31,031 nucleotides of DNA from an uncultured Spirochaetia bacterium. GTDB lineage: Bacteria; Desulfobacterota_D; UBA1144; Nemesobacterales; JAJCZQ01. Below are positions 29,685-31,031 of the stretch, one piece after another. The notes under the pieces were generated by a model. That model searched no databases and was not told the origin of the DNA. It saw only the letters and a list, made by a program, of their open reading frames with translations. Every line of letters begins with the position of its first letter. The first letter of the stretch is position 1. The translations under genes and the position numbers were made by a program. The DNA lies in assembly GCA_964622285.1 (NCBI GenBank), contig CAZUNK010000066.1, positions 1 to 31,031 on the forward strand, given 5' to 3'.

Positions 29685-29899
29685 CCCATATTTAATCCAT
29701 TCATTTCTATGGTTATAATTGGGAGGATTGCGTTATTGTGGCGTAAGTTGTTCGCCAAGTACAATTAATGAAAGTTTTGGTAATAGGTGGGGACCGTTAT
29801 GAACCGTGAATGCACGTTCCAGAGTCATCCCAGTTTGCTTCCATAAGGTTTAAGTCCCCCGGTTAAAAAAAGTTCATTGTACTTTGAGGTGTAAAAGAC

Positions 29900-31031
29900 A
29901 TGGATGATGAATTTTTACAAAATGTTGAAGAAAGGTTGCCTGAACGGGTTCTGAAAGAGCTGGATGATTTTCAGGAAGATATAAATAAGTACAGAGCTGG
30001 ACAGATCGGTGAGGTAAAATTTCAGAAGATCAGGCTTCAACTCGGAACTTACGCTCAAAGGCAGGCGGGAGTTCAGATGCAGAGGATCAAGATCCCCTAT
30101 GGGAGACTGACTTCCGACCAGCTTAGAAGATTGTCCGACGTTTCAGATAAATATTCCGTGGGTTTTATGCACTTAACAACGCGTCAGGATGTGCAGCTCT
30201 ATTATTTGAATTTGCAGGATGTTCCTAAAATGATGAAAGAGCTTGCCGACGCTGGAATAACTACCAGGGAGGCATGTGGAAATACTGTCAGGAACATAAC
30301 CGCTTCTCCGTTCACAGGCGCTTCTCCCAGTGACACGTTTGATGTAACCCCCTACGCTGAGGCGCTTAAGAACTTCATGCTCTACAATCCTATATGCCAG
30401 AACATGGGGAGAAAATTCAAGGTATGTTTTGAGAGCGACCCGGATGTGGATAATGCAGGGATAAGAATTCATGATCTGGGATTCAGAGCAGTGATCAAAG
30501 AAACTGAAGGCCAAAGACAAAAAGGTTTTCAGCTATACGTTGGGGGCGGCCTGGGGGCTTCACCTTCACTGGGCTATTTGTGGAGCGACTTTATTCCGGT
30601 TGAGGAAATGATCCCATTATCAGCTTCTATAGTACGGGTATATGATAGATACGGTGAAAGAAAAGTAAGAATGAAAGCCAGAATGAAGTTTTTAATTCGG
30701 AAACTGGGATTTGATAAGTTCAAAGAACTTGTTGAAGAGGAAAGGGCAAATTTAGAAGAAGATGCTTCATGGAATGATTATTTAAAAGATATTGATGAAA
30801 ATGAAACTCCGCCGGATAAGAACTATGATTTTGAACCTGCACCTGACGCCGTTAAAGATGACCCGGATTTTATAGACTGGAAAGCAACAAATGTTTCTCC
30901 TGCGGGAGCCCAGGGGTATTCGGTCATCAGTATCAGGATACAGCTTGGAGATGTTGTATCTGATTCCGGCAGAGCTTTGGCTGATATCGCCGATAACTAT
31001 GCAGATGGAAATTTAAGAATAACAATTCAGC
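29900..31031 (+). CDS. Siroheme nitrite/sulfite reductase (CysI/Sir/NirA-like), 3'-truncated and absent from the ORF track
   Basis: ATG 29900 with SD GAGGTG, frame open to the window end. Motifs MQRIKIPYG, HLTTRQDVQ, EACGNTVRN, GRKFK, YVGGGLG and KARMKFL. Confidence 0.92.
   Translation, partial: MDDEFLQNVEERLPERVLKELDDFQEDINKYRAGQIGEVKFQKIRLQLGTYAQRQAGVQMQRIKIPYGRLTSDQLRRLSDVSDKYSVGFMHLTTRQDVQLYYLNLQDVPKMMKELADAGITTREACGNTVRNITASPFTGASPSDTFDVTPYAEALKNFMLYNPICQNMGRKFKVCFESDPDVDNAGIRIHDLGFRAVIKETEGQRQKGFQLYVGGGLGASPSLGYLWSDFIPVEEMIPLSASIVRVYDRYGERKVRMKARMKFLIRKLGFDKFKELVEEERANLEEDASWNDYLKDIDENETPPDKNYDFEPAPDAVKDDPDFIDWKATNVSPAGAQGYSVISIRIQLGDVVSDSGRALADIADNYADGNLRITIQ

Noticed and set aside
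29768-29866. Selenocysteine read-through of the in-frame TGA joining micro-ORFs 2 and 3
   Set aside because: No convincing SECIS-like hairpin after the UGA and no redox-motif context.

Overview
Bacterial chromosomal window of about 29 CDS, mostly housekeeping. The + strand run is murJ (5' truncated), an LRR lipoprotein, a TPR protein, aroQ, recJ, lgt, trkA, purD and rpsL-rpsG-fusA (no tuf). A - strand block follows: ftsH-folP-cdaA-cdaR-glmM-pdxJ-acpS. An accessory stretch holds an LLM oxidoreductase, an orphan ORF, hflX, a nitroreductase plus RHH-like gene pair and an SCP2-type thiolase. The window ends with ftsK-lolA-YdcF-DUF4186 and a nitrite/sulfite reductase running off the edge. Gene order is reminiscent of deltaproteobacteria-like lineages, and the LRR/Ig protein resembles those of host-associated (e.g. 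sponge) symbionts; both are inferences and taxonomy was not verified. I saw no rRNA, tRNA, CRISPR array, transposase or integrase. Best leads: (1) a 72-bp LRR repeat array with homogenised framework codons but hypervariable concave-face codons; (2) a long, alternatively folding leader with a chain of micro-ORFs upstream of the nitrite/sulfite reductase; (3) hflX apparently starting at AUA, 64 codons upstream of the ORF-track start; (4) a nitroreductase plus RHH micro-operon; (5) an unannotated 38-aa membrane ORF. None is proven to be a new system. All motif, promoter and folding calls were made by eye.
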